DNA of 33,937 bases, taken from IMG/VR virus record IMGVR_UViG_3300010882_000004; one strand, 5' to 3'. This document shows, piece by piece, positions 7,761 to 16,714 of the stretch (position 1 is the first letter of the stretch; each line of letters opens with the position of its first letter). The translations under genes were made by a program, and so were the position numbers. The DNA is from a virus. The notes below the pieces were generated by a model. It did not search any database. It had not been told where the DNA came from and was given only the letters and a program-made list of their open reading frames with translations.

Positions 7761-8201
7761 ATGGGTGCTAAGTACGATCTACAGCTGGCGTGTAAAGCCC
7801 AAGAGGCGGTCGATGCCTTGACCGATACGGCACAAAGCCTTATGGCTACCCGAGACGCTGTGACCTCCATCATCACCAAAGCAGGACCGGTCACCTCATC
7901 GTCGGTCATTGACAGGATGCAGACAGCCTCGGCAGAGTTCGACGAGACGATCGATGAAATAGCCCTCCAGTGCGCCATCTGTCACTCGAAGATGGATGAT
8001 GCGCTCCATTGGATAGAGATGCTCAGAGATGACCGTCACAAAGCAGTACTCACCCACCGCTATATCAACGGCAGGAGCATGGACCAGGTAGCGTGGCGCA
8101 TCCACTTCACCAGACGACATACCTACCGTATTCATGATGAAGCTCTCGCGCTGCTTGGAGATCCGCAACCGGTACGTGATGAGGAAGATGAAGACGAATA
8201 A
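7761..8201 (+). CDS. Late-gene transcriptional regulator (sigma-70 region-4-like; ArpU/RinA/DUF1492-type)
   Basis: SD AAGGAG upstream. C-terminal LTHRYINGRSMDQVAWRIHFTRRHTYRIHDEALALL resembles sigma region 4. Position just upstream of terS. Confidence 0.55.
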   Translation: MGAKYDLQLACKAQEAVDALTDTAQSLMATRDAVTSIITKAGPVTSSSVIDRMQTASAEFDETIDEIALQCAICHSKMDDALHWIEMLRDDRHKAVLTHRYINGRSMDQVAWRIHFTRRHTYRIHDEALALLGDPQPVRDEEDEDE

Positions 8202-8263
8202 AGCTGAACATGTCACAAAATGTCACACTTTTCTGTGATATCGTGTAATCAGTAGTTTAGACG

Positions 8264-8286
8264 AACCGCCACCAGGCGGTTTTTTC
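8264..8286 (+). terminator. Rho-independent terminator
   Basis: Stem AACCGCC / GGCGGTT with loop ACCA, followed by TTTTT. Confidence 0.75.
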
Positions 8287-8395
8287 ATGACATGGTGTGG
8301 CGTACAGACAAAGCTTCTTCCAAACACATAATCCATACCACCTTTCGAGCATAGACTTCCCTGTACGCCACATCGCCCCCCAAGGAGGTAGCAGC

Positions 8396-8767
8396 GTGGC
8401 TTTGACCGCTAAACAACAAGCGTTCTGCATCGAGTATGCTACCTGTGGGATAGCGACCCTTGCTGCCGAGAGGGCGGGTTATAAGAGCCCCCGAAGCCAA
8501 GGATCACGCCTGTTGACAAATGCTGATGTCGTCGCTCATATCAAACGCGTCCAAGACGAATTGTCGACAGCCAAGATCCTGACCGCCAAACAGCGTCAGG
8601 TCATCCTCTCGGATATTGCCAATTCCGTCGGGTATCGCAACAATGCAGATCGCATCAAGGCAATCGACACGCTTAACAAGATGACCGGAGAGTACCTGAC
8701 CAAGGTCGAGGCAACGGTCAACACCAACGGAAAGATAAATGAGCTGATAGCCGCCGTTCGAGGTTGA
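8396..8767 (+). CDS. terS: Terminase small subunit (Terminase_2-like)
   Basis: GTG start after the SD AAGGAGG. Motif LTAKQQAFCIEYATCG...AAERAGYKSPRSQGSRLLTNADV. Confidence 0.8.
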   Translation: MALTAKQQAFCIEYATCGIATLAAERAGYKSPRSQGSRLLTNADVVAHIKRVQDELSTAKILTAKQRQVILSDIANSVGYRNNADRIKAIDTLNKMTGEYLTKVEATVNTNGKINELIAAVRG

Positions 8768-8768
8768 T

Positions 8769-10154
8769 ATGGCAACCATCAGACTCAGTGAGAAGTACTG
8801 TGACTTCATGCGGCACTCAGGCTCGCGCCTCGAGGTCTTGGAAGGCACCACACTTTCAGGTAAGACCACGGTCGGCATCATGAAATTCATCATGCTGGTC
8901 GCCGAATCAGACAAGACCCAGCACGTACTGGCGGGAAACGACCTAGGCACGATAGAGTCCAACATCATCAACGCAGACAACGGTCTGCTCGATGTGTTCG
9001 ACGGTGACGCGGTCTATTTCGCCAACGGCTCAGGAAACATCACGCGCCCTCATATCGCGCTGAACTGTTCGGGGGTGCGCAAGACCATCTACGTGGTCGG
9101 CTATGACACCGAAGCGCGTTGGAAAAAGATACTGGGCTCTCAGTCCGGTTGCATCTACATCGACGAGATCAACATTGCCAACATCCGATTCGTCAGGCAA
9201 GCCATGATGCGCAGCGACTACGTGATGGCAACGCTTAATCCTGACGACCCGTCACTGGCGGTCTATACCGAATACATCAACCGGTGCCGCCCCATCGAGA
9301 AGTACCAAGACGATGGACCCGCCGAGCTGCTGAGGATGCTTGACGGCGAGCCGATGGACGGCTATACGTGGTGGTATTTCAGCTTCGAGCACAACGACGG
9401 GGTGGCAGAGTCGGAGAAGGAGCACAAGCGCACCAGCCAGGTACCGGGTACCAAAGAGCACAAGAACCTCATCTTGGGACTTCGTGGACGCGCCACGGGG
9501 CTGGTGTTTTCAAACTTCGACAGGAACAAGCATGTTGTCAGTGCCGAAGAGGCGGCTGCACACGTCGGAAGCGATGTGGACCCGTTCGTTGTCTTTACTG
9601 CAGGACTGGACACCAGCTACTCGCAAAAGAGCGCGGACACCATCGCGTTGGCGTTTGTCGGTATCACGGCATCAGGCATCAAGTACACGCTTGACGAGAA
9701 GACCTACAACAACCGCGACATGGATGTGCCACTGGCACCATCGGATACCGTCACGCGCTTCATCGAGTTTTTGGAGCGCAACAGACAGACCTGGGGCTTT
9801 GCTCGGCACGTCTATATCGATAGTGCGGATCAGGCAACGATAACCGAATTCGCCAAGTACAAGCGCAACAGCGCCTGCATATACGACTTCATACCCAGCT
9901 ATAAAAAGACCAAGAACGTGGACCGCATCATCATGGAGCGCGGTTGGCTCCAGGCAGGTCACGCCTTCGTGGTCAAGACCTGCAAAGACGCAATCGCCGA
10001 GAGGGAGTCCTACTCATGGCGCGAGGATAAAGACAATGAGCCCGAAGACGGCAACGACCACATGATACAGGCCGACCAGTACGCCTGGTTGCCCTACAAG
10101 TCCAAGATCGGAGACAACAGTGTGGATAACAGAGAGGATACGGGACATGGCTAG
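8769..10154 (+). CDS. terL: Terminase large subunit (PBSX/Terminase_3-like)
   Basis: Walker A GTTLSGKT. Walker B-like CIYIDEI. 461 aa. Position after terS. Confidence 0.9.
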   Translation: MATIRLSEKYCDFMRHSGSRLEVLEGTTLSGKTTVGIMKFIMLVAESDKTQHVLAGNDLGTIESNIINADNGLLDVFDGDAVYFANGSGNITRPHIALNCSGVRKTIYVVGYDTEARWKKILGSQSGCIYIDEINIANIRFVRQAMMRSDYVMATLNPDDPSLAVYTEYINRCRPIEKYQDDGPAELLRMLDGEPMDGYTWWYFSFEHNDGVAESEKEHKRTSQVPGTKEHKNLILGLRGRATGLVFSNFDRNKHVVSAEEAAAHVGSDVDPFVVFTAGLDTSYSQKSADTIALAFVGITASGIKYTLDEKTYNNRDMDVPLAPSDTVTRFIEFLERNRQTWGFARHVYIDSADQATITEFAKYKRNSACIYDFIPSYKKTKNVDRIIMERGWLQAGHAFVVKTCKDAIAERESYSWREDKDNEPEDGNDHMIQADQYAWLPYKSKIGDNSVDNREDTGHG

Positions 10155-11616
10155 GTCATTTCTCAAGATAGACGACCCCAGCACCTCTCGTATACAGATT
10201 CAAGGTGCTCTTACACACGATGCCGAGATGTTTCGAGACTACGTGTGGTCGCGTGGCAATCCCACCGAGCTCAACGAGCTATTCTCACAGCTCAGCTCCA
10301 ACATGCATACGTTTTGGGGGGCCAAAGGATCACTGGCCATCCGCAAGATGCATACCGGACTGCCACGCATCATCATCAACAAACTGGTCGACATCACCGT
10401 TGCCGATCTGAACGGCATCACGGTCAACGACCCGGACAAAGTCGATGACGAGGCACAGCTCTCGAGACAACATGAGCTCTGGGAGGCGATCGCGACAGAA
10501 AACGATTTCATGCGTATAGCGAAACGCTCGACCAAGAAGGCTCTTGCCCTCGGTGACGGCGCGTTCAAGCTGACGTATGACCCCGATATCTCCAAGCTAC
10601 CGATCATTGAATTTTACGGTGGCGACCGGGTTGATTTCATCTACAAGAAAGGCAGACTGACAGAGCTGGTCTTTTACAGCAGCTACAAAGTCAAGGACAA
10701 GGTCTACGAGCTTGCCGAGCACTACGGCTTTGGCTACATCAACTACCGCCTCACGCATGGTGGCAAGGAATGCGAACTTGCCCGGGTGCCCGATCTGGCA
10801 CAACTGGTCGACCTGACCTTTGATGACTCGTACATCTTCGGTGTGCCCTACGTGATATTTGAGACCGACCGTGACGACGCAGAAGGAAGAGGTCAGTCGA
10901 TCCTTGCTGGAAAGAGCGATGCGTTCGACGCACTCGATGAGTCTATCTCGCAATGGTGGCAAGCGCTTCGAGACGGCAGGACGCGTGTCTATATCCCTGA
11001 CAACCTCCTGCCACGCGACCCAAACGGCGGTACGATACTCAAGCCGAACCCGTTTGACAATGCCTACATTGCGCTAGGCTCGAACATGCAGGAGACGGGA
11101 GAGGACAAGGTCTCAGTCGTCGAGCCCCAGCTTCAGACCGACAAATACCTCGAGTCCTACATCACCGCACTCGACCTCTGCCTGGAAGGGCTGATCAGTC
11201 CCTCGACGCTGGGCATCGATGTCAAAAAGCTCGATAATGCCGAGGCACAGCGCGAGAAGGAGAAGACCACGCTGTATACCCGCCAGGCGATCGTAGACGC
11301 GCTCGGCGAGGTGATCGCCTCACTGGTAGCCACAACGCTTCAGTTCGCGGCAGTGCTCAATAGTGTCACGCCTGAGGCTGTCGTGGTCGATGTACAGTTC
11401 GGCGAGTATGCCAATCCCAGCTTCGAGGCACAGGTTGAGACACTGTCAGATCCCAATACCCCGATGAGCATCGAGGCACGTGTCGACGAGCTCTACGGCG
11501 ATAACAAGACCCAGGAGTGGAAGGATGGCGAGGTCGATCGCATCAAGGCCGAGAGAGGACTTGGCGGCGTCGGTGAGTCCGCGCTAGAGCAAGATTATGG
11601 CTCAATCAGCGTATGA
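10147..11616 (+). CDS. Portal protein (SPP1 gp6-like)
   Basis: 489 aa. Located directly after terL and before the MuF gene. ATG after GAGAGGA. Confidence 0.8.
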   Translation: MARSFLKIDDPSTSRIQIQGALTHDAEMFRDYVWSRGNPTELNELFSQLSSNMHTFWGAKGSLAIRKMHTGLPRIIINKLVDITVADLNGITVNDPDKVDDEAQLSRQHELWEAIATENDFMRIAKRSTKKALALGDGAFKLTYDPDISKLPIIEFYGGDRVDFIYKKGRLTELVFYSSYKVKDKVYELAEHYGFGYINYRLTHGGKECELARVPDLAQLVDLTFDDSYIFGVPYVIFETDRDDAEGRGQSILAGKSDAFDALDESISQWWQALRDGRTRVYIPDNLLPRDPNGGTILKPNPFDNAYIALGSNMQETGEDKVSVVEPQLQTDKYLESYITALDLCLEGLISPSTLGIDVKKLDNAEAQREKEKTTLYTRQAIVDALGEVIASLVATTLQFAAVLNSVTPEAVVVDVQFGEYANPSFEAQVETLSDPNTPMSIEARVDELYGDNKTQEWKDGEVDRIKAERGLGGVGESALEQDYGSISV

Positions 11617-13234
11617 CATCCGACGAGCCTTCCAAGCAATAGAAAAAGAGCTCATAGCCTCGATGATGCGCAACATGGGCGGTCATCGCGACTGGGAGCT
11701 CTCAGAGGGCTTTGACTGGACGATGTGGCAGGTCGAACAACTTGCCGCGATGCAGCGGTACCGACTGGAGAACTACCACCGCTTCGGCAAGCAGTTTAGC
11801 GACATCAACAAAGAGATCGCCGAGAGTATCAAGAGGGCGTATGCCGCCGGTGGGTTTGACCAGGAGGCGCAGATACTACAAGCCATCGCCAAAGGCTTTC
11901 GACCACCGAGAACCGCCCTGACAGGCGATGATTCGCTCGGAGGAGCGTTTTTCGGGGTCAACCACCGCAAGATGGACGCGTTGCTTCAAGCCACCATGCA
12001 CGACATGGAGATCGCCGAGACATCGATGCTGAGAATGGCTGATGACCAGTACCGGCGCATCGCCTTTAACGCGCAGGTATATGCCAACAGCGGGGCAGGA
12101 ACGCTTCACCAAGCCATCGATATGGCCTCACGTGCGTTTCTCGCCGCCGGTTTTAACTGCATCGAGTACAAGAACGGGGCACGTGTCGGCATCGATGCCT
12201 ACGCCGAGATGGCTATACGCACCGCCAACAAGCGTGCCTACCTTCACGGAGAAGGTGCAAAGCGTCAAGAGTTCGGTGTGACAACGGTCGTCGTACATGG
12301 TCGCGTGATGGCGTGTCCGTCGTGTATGGACTGGGTCGGTCGCGTCTACATCGACGATGTGTGGAGTGGCGGCACCGCCTCCGATGGGGACTACCCCATG
12401 CTCTCAGAAGCTATCGAGGGCGGTCTGTACCACCCTAACTGTCAGGATATCCACTCGACTTACTACGAGGGTATCTCAGCTGAACCAAAGCCTCCAACAG
12501 AGGAGGAGAAGGCTGAGGCTGTTCGCAAGTACGAGGAGACTCAGAAGCTCCGAACCGCCATGCGGAGAGAACAGCGTTGGGAACGTACCGAGAGCGGAAG
12601 CCTGACACCAGAGAATAAACGACATGCTATCGCGCATAAAAAGCTTTCGCATCAACGCGTTATAGAGCTTGACACTGATGGTCTTCTGCCGAGAAAGAAG
12701 GAAGAGGGGAATATCTTTACTGGAGAGGGGATGTCGTTTTCGGCTGAACCGGAACTTGAAAAAATGAAGAATGAGTTTCCTGGATTCATAAGTCCGAATG
12801 TGGTTATTGATGATATCGGCAGTAGACTTGGTGGCATCTATGATCCCACGACGCACACGGTAACATTGGGCACACACCCGGATAGTCTTGCCGCTAAGAA
12901 AGAAAGCGCGAGACAGTATGCAAAGGGATATTGGTCTACGCCAGATCCTCGAGGAACGATTTATCATGAGTTATCTCATGCGATGATTGAGACATCTAAG
13001 CTCAACCAGATGCTAGCCGTAGATTTATTCCAGTTTGATGTGGGGACTGCGCTTCTAGAACACTTTAAGCAATTACAAAAAAGTGACAAAATCGCCGAAG
13101 CTCTATTATCGAGATATGGGGCGGAAACTTTATCGGAAATGGTGTGTGAATCTATTGCTGAGTATATGAGCACTTCGAAAACACGTCCGTTTGCACGTGA
13201 GGTGGTAGAATTAGTGAAGAAAGGAATGATGTAG
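11597..13234 (+). CDS. Head morphogenesis protein (MuF/SPP1 gp7 family) fused to a low-GC C-terminal HExxH zincin-like domain
   Basis: MuF-type core ends at ACPSCMDWVGRVY...GGLYHPNCQDIHSTY (about 12470). It is followed by a charged linker. The C-terminal ~210 aa contain HELSH (12965..12979) and ESIAEY. GC drops from about 57% to about 44% from ~12600 (hand-counted 60-nt lines). Confidence 0.8.
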   Translation: MAQSAYDIRRAFQAIEKELIASMMRNMGGHRDWELSEGFDWTMWQVEQLAAMQRYRLENYHRFGKQFSDINKEIAESIKRAYAAGGFDQEAQILQAIAKGFRPPRTALTGDDSLGGAFFGVNHRKMDALLQATMHDMEIAETSMLRMADDQYRRIAFNAQVYANSGAGTLHQAIDMASRAFLAAGFNCIEYKNGARVGIDAYAEMAIRTANKRAYLHGEGAKRQEFGVTTVVVHGRVMACPSCMDWVGRVYIDDVWSGGTASDGDYPMLSEAIEGGLYHPNCQDIHSTYYEGISAEPKPPTEEEKAEAVRKYEETQKLRTAMRREQRWERTESGSLTPENKRHAIAHKKLSHQRVIELDTDGLLPRKKEEGNIFTGEGMSFSAEPELEKMKNEFPGFISPNVVIDDIGSRLGGIYDPTTHTVTLGTHPDSLAAKKESARQYAKGYWSTPDPRGTIYHELSHAMIETSKLNQMLAVDLFQFDVGTALLEHFKQLQKSDKIAEALLSRYGAETLSEMVCESIAEYMSTSKTRPFAREVVELVKKGMM

Positions 13235-13238
13235 TACC

Positions 13239-13415
13239 GTGAGACTGACAGAGGAACAATCTGAGTATCTCGAACGTCTTGACACTTATAAGTTCAAAGC
13301 GATTCATATCGGCACAATGCCTGATGATATGAAAGCAGAGCTCAAGTTGCTTGATGAATTCGGTCACAGAGCAAGAGGCGAACATATTATCGCTAACTAC
13401 CAAGTATTAACATAA
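13239..13415 (+). CDS. Small hypothetical ORF, 58 aa (candidate partner or immunity protein of the MuF C-terminal domain)
   Basis: Below the track cutoff. GTG start with the SD-like AAAGGAA about 12 nt upstream, which is long spacing. Same low GC as the MuF tail. Followed by two terminators. Confidence 0.3.
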   Translation: MRLTEEQSEYLERLDTYKFKAIHIGTMPDDMKAELKLLDEFGHRARGEHIIANYQVLT

Positions 13416-13440
13416 AGACAAGTGCTATGCTAGTCAAACC

Positions 13441-13464
13441 AAAGACCCTTCGGGGTCTTTTTTG
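13441..13464 (+). terminator. Rho-independent terminator
   Basis: Stem AAAGACCC / GGGTCTTT with loop TTCG, then a T run. Confidence 0.8.
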
Positions 13465-13505
13465 ATGTCTGAAACTTGCTGAAGACATAAAACCCCGTAT
13501 TAAGC

Positions 13506-13526
13506 AGCCCCGCAAGGGGCTTTTTC
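13506..13526 (+). terminator. Second rho-independent terminator
   Basis: Stem AGCCCC / GGGGCT with loop GCAA, then TTTTT. Confidence 0.75.
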
Positions 13527-13585
13527 AATGGCTGACGAGCCAAAACCGCAATGGCCGTACGGGCCCAAAACGAAAGGATGTTGAA

Positions 13586-14227
13586 ATGGACAACGTAGCC
13601 AGCACCACGCCCGAGCCGACACCGCAAGCCGAGCCAGCGCCACCGGCAGAACCGGTCGCTGCACCTGTTGCAGCACCGACACCACCGGTAGCACCATCGC
13701 AAGATGATCTGCTTGCAAAGATCGCCCAGATCGTCGATTCGACCGCACCGGCCAAAGCCAACAAGGTCATCGACGGGATGAAGGGATCGCAGGGGCTGAC
13801 AGACGACGAGGCAGCCGAGCTTAAGGCAGCGTACAAAGACTACCGCAAGCAGGTAGCCGCCGCTCCCAACGAGGAGCTGCAGACTCTCAGAGATGAGAAC
13901 GCCGCCTTCAAAGCAGCCGAAGCATTGCGCCAGGTTCAAAAATCAGCGGCAAAGATCGCCAAAGAACTTGAAGTCGATGCCGACAGTCTCGAAGACGCTC
14001 TTACGCTTGCAAGGCTCGATAGTTGCGTGGTTGACGGTGTGCTTGATGAGGCAAAAGCCAAAGAGGCACTCGAAGCGGTCCTAAAAAGACGTCCGGAGTT
14101 CAAGAATCCAGCTGCCAATGCTGGGTTTACACCTGTAGGAGCCTCTGGGGCGACCGGAGGCGTGACCGGGGACGGTCTTGACGCCTTACTAAAGGCGGCA
14201 GGAGTCCCACCTAAACAGAAAGGATAG
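13586..14227 (+). CDS. Scaffolding protein
   Basis: Pro/Ala-rich N-terminus, long charged helical region, and position between the MuF and capsid genes. Confidence 0.7.
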   Translation: MDNVASTTPEPTPQAEPAPPAEPVAAPVAAPTPPVAPSQDDLLAKIAQIVDSTAPAKANKVIDGMKGSQGLTDDEAAELKAAYKDYRKQVAAAPNEELQTLRDENAAFKAAEALRQVQKSAAKIAKELEVDADSLEDALTLARLDSCVVDGVLDEAKAKEALEAVLKRRPEFKNPAANAGFTPVGASGATGGVTGDGLDALLKAAGVPPKQKG

Positions 14228-14229
14228 TA

Positions 14230-15117
14230 ATGGCTAACAACATTTTGACTGCTGTCAATTGGACCACCATTCTCGATGAAGTGTATCAGTATGCGTCCAA
14301 GACAGCCGTCTTAGACAGCGGAGCGGAGGTCATCAAAGCTGGCACAAACGCCGGTGAGTTCAACGTCGCGAAACTGTCGATGCAGGGACTGGGTGACTAC
14401 TCACGCGCCAATGGGTACGTGAAGGGCGATGTCAACCTTACCTGGCAAACGATTGCGCATAACTTCGATCGTGGACGCCTGTTCACGGTAGATGCGATGG
14501 ATGACGAGGAAGCTCTCAAGCTCATCGTTGCCAATCTGCTCGGTGAGTTTTTGCGTACGCAGGTCGTACCTGAGCTCGACGCGTTCCGCTTTGCAACCTA
14601 TGCAGGGATTGCAAAGGCAGCATCTACTGCGGCGACCTATGTCAAGACCGGAACGATCGCAAACGGGACCGATGCCGTTACCGCGATTCGCAAGATGGTC
14701 GACACCATGAACGACGCGCAGGTTCCAGAGACTGATCGTGTCCTGTATCTGACCAATGCTGTAAAGGGCTTTATCGATGATTTGGATACCACCAAATCAA
14801 AGGCGGTCCTTGATGGCTTTGCAGTAGTTGAGACGGTACCACAGGCTCGTTTCGTGACCGCGATCAAGCAGCTTGATGGAACCTCTACCGGCGAGACTGG
14901 TGGTGGCTTTACCACCGCGACCGGCTTTAAGAACATCAATATCATGGCGGTCCATAAGCCAGCGATCATTCAGACAACCAAGCATGTAGTTCCCAAGATC
15001 ATCGCGCCTGATGTCAATCAAAGCGCTGATGGCTGGCTGATCGCATATCGCAACTACGGTCTCGCGGATCACTACGATAACAAGCTTGCCGGTATCCAGG
15101 TCCATCACGTCGCTTAG
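14230..15117 (+). CDS. Major capsid protein
   Basis: 295 aa. Located directly after the scaffold gene. No closer family call is possible by eye. Confidence 0.75.
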   Translation: MANNILTAVNWTTILDEVYQYASKTAVLDSGAEVIKAGTNAGEFNVAKLSMQGLGDYSRANGYVKGDVNLTWQTIAHNFDRGRLFTVDAMDDEEALKLIVANLLGEFLRTQVVPELDAFRFATYAGIAKAASTAATYVKTGTIANGTDAVTAIRKMVDTMNDAQVPETDRVLYLTNAVKGFIDDLDTTKSKAVLDGFAVVETVPQARFVTAIKQLDGTSTGETGGGFTTATGFKNINIMAVHKPAIIQTTKHVVPKIIAPDVNQSADGWLIAYRNYGLADHYDNKLAGIQVHHVA

Positions 15118-15126
15118 GAGGTAATC

Positions 15127-15222
15127 ATGGCACGGATTGTTGGATGGGTCGATGAAGGCGTCGAGGAACCCAAAGAGGAAGTAGTCGATGAAGGCGTCGA
15201 GGAACCCAAAGCTAAGAAATAA
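15127..15222 (+). CDS. Small acidic peptide, 31 aa, with an internal 12-aa duplication
   Basis: Below the track cutoff. SD AGGAGG upstream. The 28-bp repeat GTCGATGAAGGCGTCGAGGAACCCAAAG occurs at 15148..15175 and 15184..15211. Confidence 0.4.
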   Translation: MARIVGWVDEGVEEPKEEVVDEGVEEPKAKK

Positions 15223-15236
15223 GTGGAGGTGGGGGC

Positions 15237-15623
15237 ATGTACAAACCTTATGTGACGTATCAGCAATACATTGATCTGGGGCGTAGTGCCCTTGCCAAGG
15301 ATGATGCTCCCGAGCGACTCAGACGCGCTTCACGCGACGTCGATGGTGCGACCTTTAACCGCATTCGCCGTAAAGGGTTCGATGTGCTGACTGATTTTCA
15401 AAAAGAGGTCATCGCCGAGGCGGTATGTCTCCAAGCAGAGTTTATCGCCGAGAACGCCGACATCATCGAGTCTGCGATCAAAAGCTACTCGATCGGTGGT
15501 GTCTCTGTCGCGCTCGAGGAATGTCCGGCACTGGTTATCATCCGAGGAGTCGCGTGGTCGCGAGAAGCCTTTGACACGCTCAAGCAGTCGGGGCTGACCA
15601 CGCTGAATCTGAGGTATCGATGA
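15237..15623 (+). CDS. Head-tail connector (gp6-like adaptor)
   Basis: SD GGAGGTGGGGG upstream. Size and position after the capsid gene. Confidence 0.6.
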   Translation: MYKPYVTYQQYIDLGRSALAKDDAPERLRRASRDVDGATFNRIRRKGFDVLTDFQKEVIAEAVCLQAEFIAENADIIESAIKSYSIGGVSVALEECPALVIIRGVAWSREAFDTLKQSGLTTLNLRYR

Positions 15624-15958
15624 AGTGGCCAAGGCTCGTACGTGAAGCCGACAGCCGCACCGAGGCGGTAGTCACCATCAAGAGCAACGATCCCAATTCA
15701 AGAGGCAAGTATGAGGTGCTTTTTCAAGACAACCTGAACTGCAACCTCACAATTGAGGCAAAGAGGATACTGACCCGCGACAAGCGCACGGTCGATATCC
15801 AAGCCGTTGCCCTGTTCAATGGAGACATTCTGCCTGGACACGAGCCGATCGTTAACGGGACGCTTACAGCCCATGGTATCGAGTATTCGATCCACGAGGG
15901 CACCAAGGCGAGAAACCCCGATGGCACGGTCAACTACACGCGACTGGTGCTGTGCTGA
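15620..15958 (+). CDS. Head closure or head-tail adaptor protein
   Basis: Overlapping start. 112 aa. Call is by synteny. Confidence 0.55.
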   Translation: MKWPRLVREADSRTEAVVTIKSNDPNSRGKYEVLFQDNLNCNLTIEAKRILTRDKRTVDIQAVALFNGDILPGHEPIVNGTLTAHGIEYSIHEGTKARNPDGTVNYTRLVLC

Positions 15959-16320
15959 TGAGCGGCGTCGAGCTCTATGCCGGCGCGATAGCCGGTATGA
16001 ACGCGAAGATGACCCAAGCACTTAAGATGACAGCTGACGCGATCATGGGTGATCTGAGAAACGCGGGTACCATTCCGCGCGACATCGGCATCCTGCAAGG
16101 CGAGGCGATGTATACCGAGGTGTTAGAGCTCGGTCGTGTGGTCGTCTGCAACGACACCGCATATGCGCGTCGCCTCTACTACCATCCCGAATACAATTTC
16201 AGCCGTGAGCAAAATCTCAACGCGGGAGCGCTCTGGTTCGAGCCGTATTGTGCGGGTGGGGATCGCAACGCGTGGGTATTGGAGACATTCGCAAAGATGT
16301 GTACGAAGGTAGGACTATGA
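15958..16320 (+). CDS. HK97 gp10-like tail or neck component
   Basis: TGATG overlap with the upstream gene. The IPRDIGILQG pattern resembles the gp10 family. Call supported by synteny. Confidence 0.55.
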   Translation: MSGVELYAGAIAGMNAKMTQALKMTADAIMGDLRNAGTIPRDIGILQGEAMYTEVLELGRVVVCNDTAYARRLYYHPEYNFSREQNLNAGALWFEPYCAGGDRNAWVLETFAKMCTKVGL

Positions 16321-16712
16321 CACTTGAAGATGTGCTCGAACTTATCGAGCGACTCAACCCCAACGAAGCCACATACTACTGTGGCTTTCTTAATGCCAAA
16401 GAGCAACGCTCCCTCGGCATCTACCAGGGGATGAACATAGGGCGCATTGAGGCACTTGCACGTGCCAAGGACGTCGCTGTCAAGACAGTCAGACTTCTCA
16501 TCCATTGGAGCGATGATTCGATCGAGACCGAGCAAGTTGCAAAGGATCTGCACGAGGCACTCAACGGGTGCGGACAAGTAGAGATGGACGGCTACGTCGT
16601 CGACTACCTCGACCTTGCCTATGAGGAGCCTGTTGATGTCGGACAAGATGCCGAAGGCATTTTCGAACGAGTAATTGAAATGACGATCTACTACCGTAAG
16701 AAAGGAGAGTGA
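16317..16712 (+). CDS. Tail completion or tail terminator protein
   Basis: ATGA overlap with the upstream gene. 131 aa. Precedes the tail tube gene. Confidence 0.55.
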   Translation: MTLEDVLELIERLNPNEATYYCGFLNAKEQRSLGIYQGMNIGRIEALARAKDVAVKTVRLLIHWSDDSIETEQVAKDLHEALNGCGQVEMDGYVVDYLDLAYEEPVDVGQDAEGIFERVIEMTIYYRKKGE

Positions 16713-16714
16713 GT

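Noticed and set aside
13152-13403. Minus-strand 83-aa ORF overlapping the MuF 3' end
   Set aside because: It opposes the direction of the whole structural operon, overlaps the end of the MuF gene, and has no SD. The plus-strand 58-codon ORF is a somewhat better candidate, though still weak.
13465-13526. Small RNA between the two tandem terminators
   Set aside because: I found no recognisable promoter upstream. The segment is only ~60 nt, and a back-up terminator explains it equally well.
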